NCBI GenBank assembly: GCA_963747735.1
Contig: CAVVGE010000009.1
Span: forward strand, 6,257 to 70,256
Direction of reading: 5' to 3'
Length of the DNA: 64,000 nucleotides
Source: an uncultured Alphaproteobacteria bacterium
GTDB taxonomy: Bacteria; Pseudomonadota; Alphaproteobacteria; ATCC43930; CGMCC-115725
This document shows positions 63,562-64,000 of this stretch, piece after piece. The notes under the pieces are model-generated. The model was given only the letters and a program-made list of their open reading frames with translations. It had not been told where the DNA came from and did not search any database. A program made the translations under genes and the position numbers. Positions within the stretch are counted from its first letter, which is position 1; every line of letters starts with the position of its first letter.

Positions 63562-64000
63562 CTGCCCGAGGACAAGTACAAGCTCGTCAAGGCGTTCCAG
63601 AGAGGAGGCCACATTGTCGGCATGTGCGGCGACGGCGCCAACGACGCGCCGGCGCTGCGCCAGGCGCAGATCGGGATTGCGGTCTCGACTGCCACCGATG
63701 TCGCCAAATCGGCCGCCGGGATGGTGCTGACCGAGCCCGGCCTCGCCGGCATCGTTGCCGCGGTCAGGGAAGGGCGGATGACGTTTCAGCGCATCCTGAG
63801 CTACACGCTGAACGCCATTACCAAGAAGACGGTGCAGGTGCTGTTCCTGGGCGTCGGCATACTGATGACCGGGCATGCGATCCTGACGCCCTTGCTGATG
63901 GTTTTGATCATGATCACCGGCGACTTCCTCGGCATGTCGTTGACGACCGACAATGTGCGGCCGTCGCCGATGCCGAATAAGTGGCAAATCGGCAATCTGA
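63562..64000 (+). CDS. P-type ATPase, C-terminal part (5'-truncated fragment; 3' end outside the window)
   Basis: LPEDKYKLVKAFQRGGHIVGMCGDGANDAPALRQAQIGIAVSTATDVAKSAAGMVLTEPGLAGIVAAVREGRMTFQRI contains the hinge motif GDGxNDxPAL. It starts abruptly right after the SPFH fragment, so it is probably a remnant. Confidence 0.7.
   Translation, partial: MPEDKYKLVKAFQRGGHIVGMCGDGANDAPALRQAQIGIAVSTATDVAKSAAGMVLTEPGLAGIVAAVREGRMTFQRILSYTLNAITKKTVQVLFLGVGILMTGHAILTPLLMVLIMITGDFLGMSLTTDNVRPSPMPNKWQIGNL

Noticed and set aside
1-64000. CRISPR arrays, rRNA or tRNA genes.
   Set aside because: I saw no regularly spaced direct repeats of 25-40 nt, no rRNA-like conserved stretches and no cloverleaf candidates while reading. 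Detection by eye is limited, so tRNAscan or Infernal should confirm this.

Overview
This is a high-GC window with alphaproteobacterial (Bradyrhizobiaceae-like) gene content, and it looks like an accessory or decaying region. All family calls come from reading the translations and recognising motifs. No database search was run.

**(1) eCIS operon, 11149-34916, minus strand.** About 23.8 kb and 21 co-oriented genes, many translationally coupled. They encode an extracellular contractile injection system (eCIS/PLTS, Afp/PVC-like).
- Structural genes in order: sheath, tube, a Zn-ribbon protein, a proline-rich tape-measure-like protein, a DUF4255 terminator, an AAA+ ATPase, a tube-initiator, a LysM/gpX-like protein, a gpD-like hub, a gpV-like spike, a PAAR-like cap, gp25, two large baseplate-J-type proteins, a gpI-like wedge protein and a fibre-like protein.
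- Two cargo candidates follow: a DxD-motif protein and a DUF4157-HExxH protein.
- There are no capsid, terminase or portal genes.
- One baseplate gene carries a 1-nt frameshift.
- A LuxR-type regulator converges on the 3' end. A pseudo-receiver gene and a triple TGATCC direct repeat sit at the 5' end.

**(2) IS graveyard, 35.6-40.1 kb.** It holds IS1595, IS630 and IS3 transposase remnants and an AbiEi-like fragment. Three unrelated transposase genes are each interrupted by the same 23-nt stem-loop. Removing it in silico restores each reading frame.

**(3) Flanks, 0-10 kb and 40-53.7 kb.** These carry ordinary redox and hydrolase genes but an unusually high density of pseudogenes: frameshifts, two in-frame nonsense codons, truncations and a scrambled CitE-like gene.

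**(4) Stress-type islet, 53.7-63.5 kb.** It contains PRC-barrel proteins, tandemly duplicated CsbD genes, an entericidin-like lipoprotein, four tiny hydrophobic peptide ORFs, YihY, NRAMP and an ECF sigma factor. An 18-nt motif (TGAGTAnTTTCCGAGCCT) recurs upstream of several of these genes.

No rRNA, tRNA or CRISPR array was recognised.
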